This document shows positions 1 through 9,802 of a DNA stretch of 29,784 nt, piece by piece. The position numbers and the translations under genes were made by a program. Source of the stretch: Tubiluchus corallicola (taxonomy: Eukaryota; Animalia; Priapulida); NCBI GenBank assembly GCA_030141605.1, contig JAQGDQ010002459.1:1-29784 (forward strand), in the 5' to 3' direction. Numbering within the stretch: the stretch's first letter is position 1; the number at the start of each line of letters is the position of its first letter. Under the pieces are notes generated by a model. The model did not search any database. It saw nothing but the letters and a program-made list of their open reading frames with translations, and was not told the DNA's origin.

Positions 1-211
1 ACACCTCCCAAAAGTATCAATCCTATATAAGATCCTATAACTGCGGCAGTATCTATATTACCAACGGGATTGCCAAGTTGATAAATGCTTATATAGTACA
101 AAAAGGTTGGCACAAGAGCAAAAATTACTAATAGATAGCATGCTAAAAATTTAGCAATTATTATTTGCCATTTTTTTATTGGCTTGGTAAAAATAATTTC
201 TATTGTTCCTG
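1..211. repeat. Direct copy of an internal gldF segment (5898-6108); part of the chimeric left end
   Basis: ACACCTCCCAAAAGTATCAATCC...TATTGTTCCTG matches 5898-6108 base for base on visual alignment. Confidence 0.95.
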
Positions 212-437
212 AAATTTTAATATTAGGATGAACCTACTTACGGGATTAGACCCTAATCAAATTGAAATTCGTAATTTAATAAAACTTAAGTGTTAAAACC
301 GTATTGTTGTCTACGCACATTATGCAAGAAGTAGAGTCAATTTTGCAAGAAAGCGATTGTAATTGATAAAAATAGTTGCTAACACTAATATTGATCAACT
401 ATTAACTCAAAGTGACCAAGTCGTTTTAGAATTTAAA
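207..437. repeat. Inverted, indel-rich copy of an internal gldA segment (about 6820 to 6574)
   Basis: TCCTGAAATTTTAATATTAG...CAAGTCGTTTTAGAATTTAAA is the reverse complement of gldA sequence with several small indels. It joins the preceding segment through the shared TCCTG. Confidence 0.92.
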
Positions 438-799
438 TATTTTTTCCCAGCTGTTTTGAGTCCACAGATGCAACAACTTTAATATCACTACCTGTTTCCT
501 CTATACTTTTTATGCCTATCAAATCTTTTAATTTTGCTATATCAATTTTTTCTTTAAATTCTAATGTTAAAACGACTTGGTCACTTTGAGTTAATAGTTG
601 ATCAATATTAGTGTTAGCAACTATTTTTCCCTTATCAATTACAATCGCTTTCTTGCAAATTGACTCTACTTCTTGCATAATGTGCGTAGACAACAATACG
701 GTTTTATCTTTACTTAAAGTTTTTATTAAATTACGAATTTCAATAATTTGATTAGGGTCTAATCCCGTAGTAGGTTCATCTAATATTAAAATTTCAGGA
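429..799 (-). repeat. Direct copy of the gldA 3' region (6450-6820); explains ORF 433-696
   Basis: The 371 bp match 6450-6820 nearly exactly. The ORF STHIMQEVESICKK...KQLGKNI duplicates the GldA C-terminal part (KQLRKNI). Confidence 0.95.
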
Positions 800-995
800 A
801 CAATAGAAAATTATTTTTACCAAGCCAATAAAAAAATGGCAAATAATAATTGCTAAATTTTTAGCATGCTATCTTTACGGTAATTTTTGCTCTTGTGCCA
901 ACCTTTGTACTATAAGCATTTATCAACTTGGCAATCCCGCTGGTAATATAGATACTGCCGCAGTTATAGGATCTTATATAGGATTGATACTTTTT

Positions 996-1309
996 GAGCT
1001 GTAATGATACACAAAGGGCGAATAGTTGCAGCAAGATGCATATTTCCTATAAGTTCACAAGATAACATTCCTTCTAAATACGGATTAAGGCACAGGGCCG
1101 CAATGGGAATTACTGAGGCAAATCCAAGCGTATTGGTGTTAATTGTGTCAGAAGAAACTGGCAACTTGTCAACGTGCAAAAATGGAAAAATAAAGTATAA
1201 CTTGACCTTAGAAGAGGTAGAAAGAGATATTACCCACTTCTTTCATAGTCGCATTACTGAAAGGGAAACACAAAATTCTCCTACTCCAGCAATTGCCAAT
1301 GCTTCATAA
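996..1309 (+). CDS. cdaA: Diadenylate cyclase (CdaA/DAC domain), 3' part only; 5' end lost at the chimeric junction
   Basis: (G)AVMIHKGRIVAARCIFP, GLRHRAAMG and VSEETG are DAC-domain motifs. The HDG motif that should precede AVMI is replaced by inverted gldF sequence. Confidence 0.88.
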
Positions 1310-1351
1310 TATGGGAATTTTCCTACTCTTCCTCCCCTAACAAACAAGTAT

Positions 1352-2110
1352 TTAAAAAGATCTTCTTCTTTTCAGTAAACCCATTATTCTATTGCTGTAT
1401 AAAAAGTCATTAAGGGATTTTACGTCTGTACTAAGAACATCTTTTTTGCTTCCTTCCCATGCTTTACAGCCTTCATGTAAGAATAAAATATATTCTCCCA
1501 ACTCTATTACAGAGTTCATATCGTGGGTTACGATGATAGTAGTTATATTAGACTCTTCTGTGATTTCTTTGATCAAATTGTCTATAACTACAGCTGTTTG
1601 TGGGTCTAATCCTGAATTTGGTTCATCACAAAAAAGATATTTACAGTTATTGGCTATTGCCCTAGCAATGCCCACCCTTTTTTTCATTCCTCCACTTAGC
1701 TCTGATGGTTTTTTTTTGTTTACATTCTCTAATTTCACCCTTTGAAGCACGTTATTAACTCTTTCTAATTTCTCTTTTTTAGACATGTTTGTTAACATAT
1801 CTAATGGAAACATTACATTTTCTTCTATAGTTTTAGAGTCAAATAGTGCCGTTCCTTGAAATAACATACCAATTTCTCTATAAATTTTTCTTACTTCAAG
1901 CGAATTAAATTGATATAAATTTCTATTGTCAAAAAGTGCTTCGCCTTCATTGGGAGTAATTAAGCCTACTATGCATTTCAATAATACGCTTTTTCCCGTT
2001 CCACTTTGACCAATAATTAAATTGGTTTTTCCTTGCAAAAAAGTAGCACTAATGTCATTCAACACTGTATTGTTATTAAATGTCTTCTTTATGTTTTTAA
2101 TTTCTATCAC
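1352..2110 (-). CDS. mlaF: ABC transporter ATP-binding protein, MlaF/Mkl family
   Basis: Walker A GQSGTGKS, MLFQGTALFDS, signature LSGGMKKRVGIARA, Walker B FCDEPNSGLDP and VTHD; adjacent to MlaE. Confidence 0.9.
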   Translation of the reverse strand: MIEIKNIKKTFNNNTVLNDISATFLQGKTNLIIGQSGTGKSVLLKCIVGLITPNEGEALFDNRNLYQFNSLEVRKIYREIGMLFQGTALFDSKTIEENVMFPLDMLTNMSKKEKLERVNNVLQRVKLENVNKKKPSELSGGMKKRVGIARAIANNCKYLFCDEPNSGLDPQTAVVIDNLIKEITEESNITTIIVTHDMNSVIELGEYILFLHEGCKAWEGSKKDVLSTDVKSLNDFLYSNRIMGLLKRRRSF

Positions 2111-2125
2111 AACTTTTGATTTTGA

Positions 2126-2854
2126 TTATAAGAGTAATTCTGCCAACAAATAATCTGCTGTTAAAATAGCAATACAACTATTAGTCACAGCACTTGTGCT
2201 TGATTGACCAACTTCCAATGCCCCACCTTGTGTATAAAACCCTCTAAAACTTGAAATAGAGGCTACTAAAAAGGCAAACACCAGTGCCTTAGTTAAGGCA
2301 AAACCCACGTTGCTTGCTTTAAAACCAAAACGAATGCCGTATACAAACGCTTCTGGAGTAAGAATTCCTGTAAGGGTACTCGCCAAAAAACCACCAATAA
2401 AAGACATGTAAGCGGCAAGAACTACAAGCAGTGGAAACATGAAAACACTTGCTAAAACCTTAGGTAATACTAAATATGATATAGAGTTGATGCCCATAAT
2501 TTCTAAGGCGTCTATTTGTTCTGTAACCCTCATACTACCTAAGCCACCTGCAATGTTAGATCCTACCTTTCCTGCATAAATAATGGCAGTAATGGTAGGT
2601 GCTAATTCTAATAATGTCATATCCCTCACCAACAAGCTTATAACATATTTAGGAATAAGCGGGCTTACCATGTTGTGAGCAGACTGCACAGCTGTTACAG
2701 CTCCAAGAAACAAAGAAACTATTATTACAATAAAAATGGAGTTTAGCCCTATTTGAATGCATTCGCTAAAAAACAAGCCTACATAGCAAGAAAATTTTTC
2801 TCGTTTTACAAACATCTGACTTAAAAAAACTAAATATTTCCCCAACGTTTTCAT
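2126..2854 (-). CDS. mlaE: MlaE-family ABC transporter permease
   Basis: ELAPTITAIIYAGKVGSNIA, GSMRVTEQIDALEIMG and GGALEVGQSSTSAV are typical MlaE motifs; the protein is multi-TM. Confidence 0.92.
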   Translation of the reverse strand: MKTLGKYLVFLSQMFVKREKFSCYVGLFFSECIQIGLNSIFIVIIVSLFLGAVTAVQSAHNMVSPLIPKYVISLLVRDMTLLELAPTITAIIYAGKVGSNIAGGLGSMRVTEQIDALEIMGINSISYLVLPKVLASVFMFPLLVVLAAYMSFIGGFLASTLTGILTPEAFVYGIRFGFKASNVGFALTKALVFAFLVASISSFRGFYTQGGALEVGQSSTSAVTNSCIAILTADYLLAELLL

Positions 2855-2869
2855 AATACAATACTTTTA

Positions 2870-3829
2870 TTATTGTTTTGTAAAGTCTTTTTTTGTTTTG
2901 AAGATATGTTTTATCCTATCAAAGTCAAATAATACTAACTCTTTCTTTTCAACGATATATCCCAACATTATATTGTTGTTCTCCTGCTTTGAATAAAATT
3001 GTAAGGTCATAGAGGAGCTTGTTAATATATCTTCATACTGAATAGAAACCTCTGGTGAAGTGTTTTGAAATAAACTATCATACAGCGTATCATACCCTAG
3101 TTCAATATACTTATCTGCTTGGAAGTTTCCAAATAAAGAGAGATAATCATACAACTTCGTTGTATCAGAGCTATCAACACCTTCTATTATAAAGTCTTGT
3201 GCCGTTATATCTTTAACAATTTTAAAACTATTACTCTTTTTTTTATGATAAGTAATAGTCAGAGCAACAAAATTAATAGGTTGTGCATCAAAAATTTGCC
3301 TCTTCTTCCAATCTAATAGCGGGATGTCAAATATTCCTGCTACATAGCTATTATATCCTGGAATATTAACTATAAAAGGCTCTTCCATGCCTTCTAGTAA
3401 ACAATAACTTGTCGTACTTTGATCATTACCTTTGATGTAAAACTTTTTTGATTCTTTATTGTTCTTCCAAATATTAATTTTAGTTCCTTGTTCTATAATT
3501 TGCTGAGTTAGCTTTGATAATTGATGCTTTGATACACGCTTACTTATTTCTACTTTTTTTAGCACCGCCAAAAGTATTTGCATCATATAGCTATCTGCCT
3601 CAAAGGTGGTGTTAAGTTGCCAAACAGTGTTCTTTCTTTCAAACACTATGGGTTCGCTTTCGAACACCTCTATTATGATTTTATCAATTGATGCCGTATC
3701 CTCTACAGAAAAAAGTTTTTTGTTTTTAATAGAGGAGTACTGGCTATCTGGCATAATTGACAGCATGATTGATATCATAATCAATACAAATAAGATAATT
3801 AATAGCCTTATATTCTTTTTTTTCTGCAT
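2870..3829 (-). CDS. DUF4340-like membrane-anchored protein
   Basis: N-terminal TM anchor, FSVEDTASIDKIII...W.LN..FEAD and PFIVNIPGY...W pattern, and position directly downstream of gldG, which is typical for DUF4340. Confidence 0.7.
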   Translation of the reverse strand: MQKKKNIRLLIILFVLIMISIMLSIMPDSQYSSIKNKKLFSVEDTASIDKIIIEVFESEPIVFERKNTVWQLNTTFEADSYMMQILLAVLKKVEISKRVSKHQLSKLTQQIIEQGTKINIWKNNKESKKFYIKGNDQSTTSYCLLEGMEEPFIVNIPGYNSYVAGIFDIPLLDWKKRQIFDAQPINFVALTITYHKKKSNSFKIVKDITAQDFIIEGVDSSDTTKLYDYLSLFGNFQADKYIELGYDTLYDSLFQNTSPEVSIQYEDILTSSSMTLQFYSKQENNNIMLGYIVEKKELVLFDFDRIKHIFKTKKDFTKQ

Positions 3830-3928
3830 AACTGCCTGTTCAAGATTTAGTATTTTACTTTGATGCTTGAGTCCATTCTGTATTTTTCATTAAATTAACT
3901 CTATTGCAAACTTCAAATGAAGCTGTTT

Positions 3929-5611
3929 TTATTCATATTTATATTTCCTCCAAAAATACTTAACTACACCAAAAATGACGATCAACAATATTGGTCCCAA
4001 CAGATTTATTGTTTGCCAAAATGTTTTTTCTGCCTTGGTTTTCATTTTGTCCAATACTCTTATTTTAAACTCTTTTGTCCTTGACAAGATAATTCCATCT
4101 TCTTCCAACATATATGCCAATGTATTGATTAAAAAATCTGCATTAGCATACTTGGTATTGGTGATAGGGTCAAGCCCTAAATCTAACGGTTGGTTATTTG
4201 TTGGGTTTACTTCATTCTTGGCAATGTGCCCATCAGAGCAGACCAATATTTTAGTTTTTTTGCCTTCTCCTTTAAACGTTGTCGTAGAAATACCACCTCC
4301 ACCTGGCAATATTTTATTTTTAAACAAAGAGGTAAATGCCCCTTCTAACAACCATGCTACATGTTGTCGCCCTGACTGAAAATATTCGGGTTTCAAACCA
4401 TCTTTCAAATCGTTCATTTTTATCTCTACAGGTGCTTTCATTACTCTTGTATAGTGCGAGGTAGATAGCAATGGGGTTTTGAGTATGTCTGTCGCTTTGA
4501 CAGTATCAATAGTGCTTACATATCGCAACAATATTGCATCAACATTTTTTACAATAGCATGCTTTATATTAGGAACAATAATAGGAAAAAATGGAAACTT
4601 TAAAAGTTCTATTTGAGGTTGATCTCCCACTTTACCCACCACCACAGGATAGGGAGCAGAATTAATGTCTAAAATACAGTCATGATTAATCCTAACTCCG
4701 TATTTAAATAACATACTTTCTAAATTCAAGTTTATGGGAAATCCCAAAGTGCCGCTACCTCCAATATTTTTTTCATCAATATTTAATGATTCTATTAAAA
4801 AAACAGCCTTTCCACCATTCATTATAAATTGGTCTATTTTATAAACATCTTCATCAGAAAAAGTGCTTTTAGGATGAACTACAACAATGGCGTCAAACCC
4901 TTTAATCTCTTGCTTACTTGGCAGATATAAGTTAAATACGTTATAGTAATCTTTCAAATAGCTTACAAAACTAAATATCTCCAAAGAGTCTGCCTCATTG
5001 TGCCCACTAATGATAGCTATTTTTTTTCTCTCTGTTTCTGTAAGTCGTTTAATTGCCTTTGATAGTTCATATTCAATATTTTCAATAGCTTGATTTAGTC
5101 GTTCTTGTGCCGTTGTATATTGGCTGCCAGTTAGAAAGTTCACCGCTGTTGTCCTATCACCATATGACACCACCCCACCGGGAAATATTAGCTTTTGGGT
5201 TTGCTCTCCCTCTTTATTATCAAACACATTAGTAGGCTGCACGCCTGATTGTATTAGCTTTTTAAAAAGCTCATTTTGAGACTGTTGATTTTCAGATACA
5301 ATGGGGTTTATGAAGTTAAATTCCAAATTTCCATTTGAATAAATTCTAAATTCTTCTAATGTTTCTTTGATGTTTTTTTGCAATCGCTTAAACTCTGCAC
5401 TCAAATCCCCTTCCAAGTATATTTCTATGCTCAAAACATCTGTCAACTGCTGTAACTGGCTTTTAACTGGTGGCGATAGTGTATATCTTTTCTCTTCCGT
5501 TAAATCTATCCTAAAAAAAACGCGGTTTACTAGTTGATTAACTATAATAATCAATACTATATTAATTAGAAGAAAAAGAAGAATTCCTGTTTTTTGGCTT
5601 TTGATGCTCAT
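3929..5611 (-). CDS. gldG: Gliding motility-associated ABC transporter auxiliary component GldG
   Basis: RIDLTEEKRYTLS, IDQFIMNGG, SGHNE and a C-terminal TM (WQTINLLGPILL...); follows gldA and gldF. Confidence 0.92.
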   Translation of the reverse strand: MSIKSQKTGILLFLLINIVLIIIVNQLVNRVFFRIDLTEEKRYTLSPPVKSQLQQLTDVLSIEIYLEGDLSAEFKRLQKNIKETLEEFRIYSNGNLEFNFINPIVSENQQSQNELFKKLIQSGVQPTNVFDNKEGEQTQKLIFPGGVVSYGDRTTAVNFLTGSQYTTAQERLNQAIENIEYELSKAIKRLTETERKKIAIISGHNEADSLEIFSFVSYLKDYYNVFNLYLPSKQEIKGFDAIVVVHPKSTFSDEDVYKIDQFIMNGGKAVFLIESLNIDEKNIGGSGTLGFPINLNLESMLFKYGVRINHDCILDINSAPYPVVVGKVGDQPQIELLKFPFFPIIVPNIKHAIVKNVDAILLRYVSTIDTVKATDILKTPLLSTSHYTRVMKAPVEIKMNDLKDGLKPEYFQSGRQHVAWLLEGAFTSLFKNKILPGGGGISTTTFKGEGKKTKILVCSDGHIAKNEVNPTNNQPLDLGLDPITNTKYANADFLINTLAYMLEEDGIILSRTKEFKIRVLDKMKTKAEKTFWQTINLLGPILLIVIFGVVKYFWRKYKYE

Positions 5612-6338
5612 CTATTTTTTATTGTTTAGAACATAGTTTGTCAATAAAAGCATGGTACTTATTACGCTACAAAAATAAATAATATTTCTTAAGTCTATCA
5701 ATCCTCTACTTATAGATGTGTAATGATATAGCAAGCCTAATTGCTCTATGAAATTTGCCTGCTTTCCTGTCCATTTAGAAATACTTGCTACCGAATCAAT
5801 ACTCGAAAAGAGGAAAAAGCATAAAAACACGGCAACAACAAAGGCTATAACTTGGTTGTTTGTAAGCGACGATGCTAATATTCCTATTGAGGTAAATACA
5901 CCTCCCAAAAGTATCAATCCTATATAAGATCCTATAACTGCGGCAGTATCTATATTACCAACGGGATTGCCAAGTTGATAAATGCTTATATAGTACAAAA
6001 AGGTTGGCACAAGAGCAAAAATTACTAATAGATAGCATGCTAAAAATTTAGCAATTATTATTTGCCATTTTTTTATTGGCTTGGTAAAAATAATTTCTAT
6101 TGTTCCTGTTTTTATCTCTTCTGCAAACGAGCGCATAGTGATGGCAGAAATAAGAAACATAAATACAAAAGGTGTAACATAAAAAAATGAGCTCATATCT
6201 GCATATCCATACTCCAACATACTTGTGTCAGGGAATACCCAAAGCAACAAGCCAATAGTTACCAAAAAAGTCAAAAATACAATATATGCTGTTAGGGAAT
6301 CTAAAAAAGCATTTATTTCTTTTAAGGATTTGCCACAT
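5612..6338 (-). CDS. gldF: Gliding motility ABC transporter permease GldF (apparent frameshift near 6320)
   Basis: ATG at 6338 reads MWQILK, then a shift in the A-run restores EINAFLDSLTAYIVF, continuing into the ORF with AITMRSFAEEIKTGTIE and SRGLIDLRNIIYF. Confidence 0.88.
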
Positions 6339-6351
6339 GTTTATCTCTTAG

Positions 6352-6374
6352 TTTAGGTATTTAGGTATTTAGGT
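6352..6374. repeat. Short tandem repeat (TTTAGGTA)x~3 spanning the gldA stop
   Basis: TTTAGGTA TTTAGGTA TTTAGGT read directly. Confidence 0.7.
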
Positions 6375-7269
6375 CTTGAGTTAGCTGCCTGAAAACTTGC
6401 TCTATATTGCTTTTCTTTGCTGTAGCAGTGTATAATTGTTTTTGAAAGCGAATTTAAATATTTTTTCTCAGCTGTTTTGAGTCCACAGATGCAACAACTT
6501 TAATATCACTACCTGTTTCCTCTATACTTTTTATGCCTATCAAATCTTTTAATTTTGCTATATCAATTTTTTCTTTAAATTCTAATGTTAAAACGACTTG
6601 GTCACTTTGAGTTAATAGTTGATCAATATTAGTGTTAGCAACTATTTTTCCCTTATCAATTACAATCGCTTTCTTGCAAATTGACTCTACTTCTTGCATA
6701 ATGTGCGTAGACAACAATACGGTTTTATCTTTACTTAAAGTTTTTATTAAATTACGAATTTCAATAATTTGATTAGGGTCTAATCCCGTAGTAGGTTCAT
6801 CTAATATTAAAATTTCAGGATCGTGTAACAGCGCTTGCGCCAGTCCTACCCTTTGCCTATATCCTTTGGATAAAGACCCAACTTTTTTATGTTGTTCCCT
6901 TTCCAATCCACACAAAGCTATCATTTCTCTAACTTTTTCTTTTAATTGCTTGCGATTGTTGATAAAAAAATTTCCACTAAACGTCAAGTGTTCTTTAACA
7001 TATAGGTCTAAATAGAGAGGGTTATTTTCGGGAAGATAACCTATTGAAAATTTAGCTTTGATACTTTGCAATTTAGTATCATAATTACATACCTTTATGT
7101 TTCCTGAATTAGGTGAAAGATAGCCCGTTATCATCTTCATTGTAGTAGACTTTCCCGCTCCATTAGGGCCTAAAAAACCCGTGATTCCACCAGGTAACAC
7201 TTCAAATGAAATGCCATCAATCACTACTTGGTTTTTAATTTTTGTAATATTATAAATTTTTAAAGACAT
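6361..7269 (-). CDS. gldA: Gliding motility ABC transporter ATPase GldA (two apparent frameshifts near the 3' end, about 6465 and 6415)
   Basis: GFLGPNGAGKSTTMK, GYLPENNPLY, LSKGYRQRVGLAQALLHDP and LSTHIMQEV. The C-terminus continues in other frames as IFKFAFKNNYTLL and SNIEQVFRQLTQDLNT*. The likely start is MSLKIY at 7269. Confidence 0.9.
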
Positions 7270-7349
7270 TACTTTATTTTTTACAATGTTACAAAAAAAG
7301 AGAAAATATAGCAATACTGAACAATTAAACATCAAAACTTAATCATAGA

Positions 7350-7380
7350 TTGTTTTTACAAGAATAAATTATTAAATTTG
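7350..7380 (+). promoter_or_regulatory. Bacteroidota sigma-A type promoter (-33 TTG, -7 TAAATTTG)
   Basis: TTG at 7350-7352, a 20-bp spacer, and TAAATTTG at 7373-7380 matching TAnnTTTG, upstream of ORF 7417. Confidence 0.65.
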
Positions 7381-7416
7381 CTTTGCATGTGACTTTGCAC
7401 GCACATGTTGATGTAG

Positions 7417-9099
7417 ATGAAAAAATATAGCGCAAAAAAATATTGCTTGAAAACTAAAAAAGGAGCTCTCATTATTTTAATGTTTGCTACTTGCTCTACA
7501 GTTGTTATGGCTCAACATCACCAGCTATTTGCTCTCAAAGATTTACCTCAAAGTTTAAGCATCGTGCCTTCACATATTAACTCTGATGTATCTGTATTTG
7601 TACAGGTTCCTGTACTAGACATATCTTTGGCAGCAGCCAACACAGGATTTTCTTACCATACCTATAATAAAGATGGGAATTATAGAAGATTTATTAATGA
7701 TATGTCTAACAAAAACAGAACAACATTAGACTACGAATTTTCATTGTTTCATATAGGTTTTCCAGCAAACTTTTTCCCTTTACAAGGCTACCAATCAATA
7801 AAATTATCTCTTAAGGGGCAAACAAATGTGTTTACAAGTAAGTCTTTTTTGGCTGTTCCTTTGGGAAATGTAGAAAACGATGACTTCTTAACGTCTGGAA
7901 ACATAGAAGGGCAAACAATAGGCGGTTCACGAAATTTCATCTCATCCAAACACTACTATGAACTATCATTTGGATTAACATTTGAAGACCATTTATCAGA
8001 CTGGCTTTTTGGAATTAGATTAAAATACCTTAAAGGAATCGCAGCAGTCAAAAGCAATAATTTTGATTTTTACGTGGACCCTAATGTTAAAACATTAGAC
8101 AATGGTGCACAGCATTTAGAAAGTATGCATATGCTTTCTGATGTAAAAGTAAACATATCGTCGCCATATACCTTTGATTATGACGATACTAATAACTCAA
8201 TAATAGTCAATGAACCAACACAAATTGACGCATCTACATTCTTCCCCAAAGGAAACAATGGAGTAGGGATTGATTTTGGTTTAACGCATCATTATTCTTA
8301 TAAGCTAAATTTTTATGCCAGTTTAATTGATTTTGGATTTATAGTTTGGAATAACAATACTTCTGAATTAGGGCTTGAAACTGACCAAATTTATGAAGGA
8401 GTAGAGGGCGAAGATATTTACATTGATGGAGAATCCCCCTTTAACGAAAACTTAATCCAACAAATAGGAGCCACTATAACAGACAATGCTACTGTTATCT
8501 CCTCTTCACAAACATTTGTCACCATGTTAGACACCAAGCTTTTGCTTGGTGCAAGCTATAAATACAACTCTCAAATTTTCTTTAACGCTATGCTATTTAA
8601 CTCCTTTGCCGGTGTCAGAATTTTTCCAGAGCTATCAGTATCTGCAACCTACAAATACCGAAAACGATTTGCAGTTGCCCTATCATACATGCATCCCATG
8701 TTAGCATCTATTAAAAGAGGGCACAACTTAGGAATAGGGTTCTATGCCAATATATCTTATTTTCAGTTTTTTGTAATGACAGATAATATAACAGCAGCAG
8801 TAATTCCACATAGAGTAAACTATGCTAACTTCAAACTTGGATGTAACCTTGTGTTTAACAAACGAACAAAACGAGAAAAAGATAGCTGTCCAGTATTAGA
8901 GTTAGACCTATTAGATAGTAGAAAAACAAGAGAATATCATGACAGTAGAATAGCCCAAGAAACAGAGTTCAAAACAACAGAGGAAAACTTTTGGGGACGA
9001 GATGAAGAGACTATAAAGAGAATTGGCGATGTAAAGAATGCATACCGCAACAGAGAGAAAAAACGGCAACAAAAATTAATGAATAAAAGAAGAAAATAA
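7417..9099 (+). CDS. DUF5723-like outer-membrane beta-barrel protein
   Basis: Signal peptide ending VMA-Q, GIRLKYLKG, GVGIDFGLT, ASLIDFGFIVW, QFFVMTDN and GCNLVF, the pattern I recognise for DUF5723 proteins of Bacteroidota. Confidence 0.75.
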   Translation: MKKYSAKKYCLKTKKGALIILMFATCSTVVMAQHHQLFALKDLPQSLSIVPSHINSDVSVFVQVPVLDISLAAANTGFSYHTYNKDGNYRRFINDMSNKNRTTLDYEFSLFHIGFPANFFPLQGYQSIKLSLKGQTNVFTSKSFLAVPLGNVENDDFLTSGNIEGQTIGGSRNFISSKHYYELSFGLTFEDHLSDWLFGIRLKYLKGIAAVKSNNFDFYVDPNVKTLDNGAQHLESMHMLSDVKVNISSPYTFDYDDTNNSIIVNEPTQIDASTFFPKGNNGVGIDFGLTHHYSYKLNFYASLIDFGFIVWNNNTSELGLETDQIYEGVEGEDIYIDGESPFNENLIQQIGATITDNATVISSSQTFVTMLDTKLLLGASYKYNSQIFFNAMLFNSFAGVRIFPELSVSATYKYRKRFAVALSYMHPMLASIKRGHNLGIGFYANISYFQFFVMTDNITAAVIPHRVNYANFKLGCNLVFNKRTKREKDSCPVLELDLLDSRKTREYHDSRIAQETEFKTTEENFWGRDEETIKRIGDVKNAYRNREKKRQQKLMNKRRK

Positions 9100-9192
9100 A
9101 AAGAAATAGTTTTTCTATTTGTGTATATTTTCTTTTACTTTACAAAGTATAGTGTAGTATAATATCTTTTGTTAACCAAAATATGTAAAAAT

Positions 9193-9690
9193 ATGAAAAA
9201 AACTTTATTTACGCTTATAATGAGTATAATAGCAGTGCATCTATATGCTCAAGGTATTGGAAATAAAAATACTGAAGAATTTGATAACTACTTTAATATG
9301 GTAAGGGTTGCCTTCAAAGCTGAAGAAAAAGTATTAATTAATGAAGTATTAACTCTTAACCCCACTGAAAGTGAAAAGTTTTGGGATATTTATGATGATT
9401 TTAAAAAACAAGAACATAAGCTCACAAATAAACAAATAGATTTGATAAAAAAGTTTGCCAATGATTTTGAGAACATGAGTGACAAGGTGGCTGCTGAATT
9501 AATTAATGAGTACATTAAAATTGGACAATCACACTTTGGCTTACTAAAGAAATATCATCCAAAATTTGCCAAAGCAATAGGCGAAAAAAACACGTTAAAA
9601 CTATATCAAGTAAAGAATAAAATTAGAATTATTATACTTGCCCAACTTGTAGAAAATGTTCCTTTGTTAGGTGACATGCCTAATGAATAA
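9193..9690 (+). CDS. Exported alpha-helical hypothetical protein (Spy/CpxP-like Bacteroidota family)
   Basis: Signal peptide MKKTLFTLIMSIIAVHLYA-Q and the motif LTLNPTESEKFWDIYDDF (L.LT..E..KFW..Y). Confidence 0.6.
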   Translation: MKKTLFTLIMSIIAVHLYAQGIGNKNTEEFDNYFNMVRVAFKAEEKVLINEVLTLNPTESEKFWDIYDDFKKQEHKLTNKQIDLIKKFANDFENMSDKVAAELINEYIKIGQSHFGLLKKYHPKFAKAIGEKNTLKLYQVKNKIRIIILAQLVENVPLLGDMPNE

Positions 9691-9708
9691 AAAATTACCT
9701 ACAAAAAT

Positions 9709-9778
9709 ATCAAGTAGAGAATGTGAATAGTTTCTTTGTAATGTGAAATTTTTCAAATTCTCTACAATTGATTTTTTT
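9709..9778. terminator. Putative bidirectional terminator between convergent genes
   Basis: GTAGAGAAT (9714-9722) pairs with ATTCTCTAC (9757-9765), with extra imperfect pairing on both sides and flanking A and T runs. Confidence 0.5.
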
Positions 9779-9802
9779 AAGGAATACTTATATTGGTAGT
9801 TC

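Larger units (their letters stand above)
10..994. repeat. Large imperfect inverted repeat (fold-back): arms about 10-437 and 553-994, spacer about 115 bp
   Basis: 981-994 GGATTGATACTTTT is the reverse complement of 10-23, and 553-561 TTTAAATTC is the reverse complement of 429-437. The gldF/gldA TCCTG junction appears in both arms (207-211 and 795-799). Confidence 0.9.

Noticed and set aside
433-696. 87-aa ORF as a separate gene
   Set aside because: It is a duplicated fragment of the gldA 3' end within the chimeric region.
1-994. Duplicated gld segments as a diversity-generating retroelement (TR/VR), shufflon or terminal hairpin
   Set aside because: No reverse transcriptase, recombinase or protelomerase gene is present. 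Differences between copies are mostly indels rather than A-specific substitutions, and the junctions share no common recombination site.
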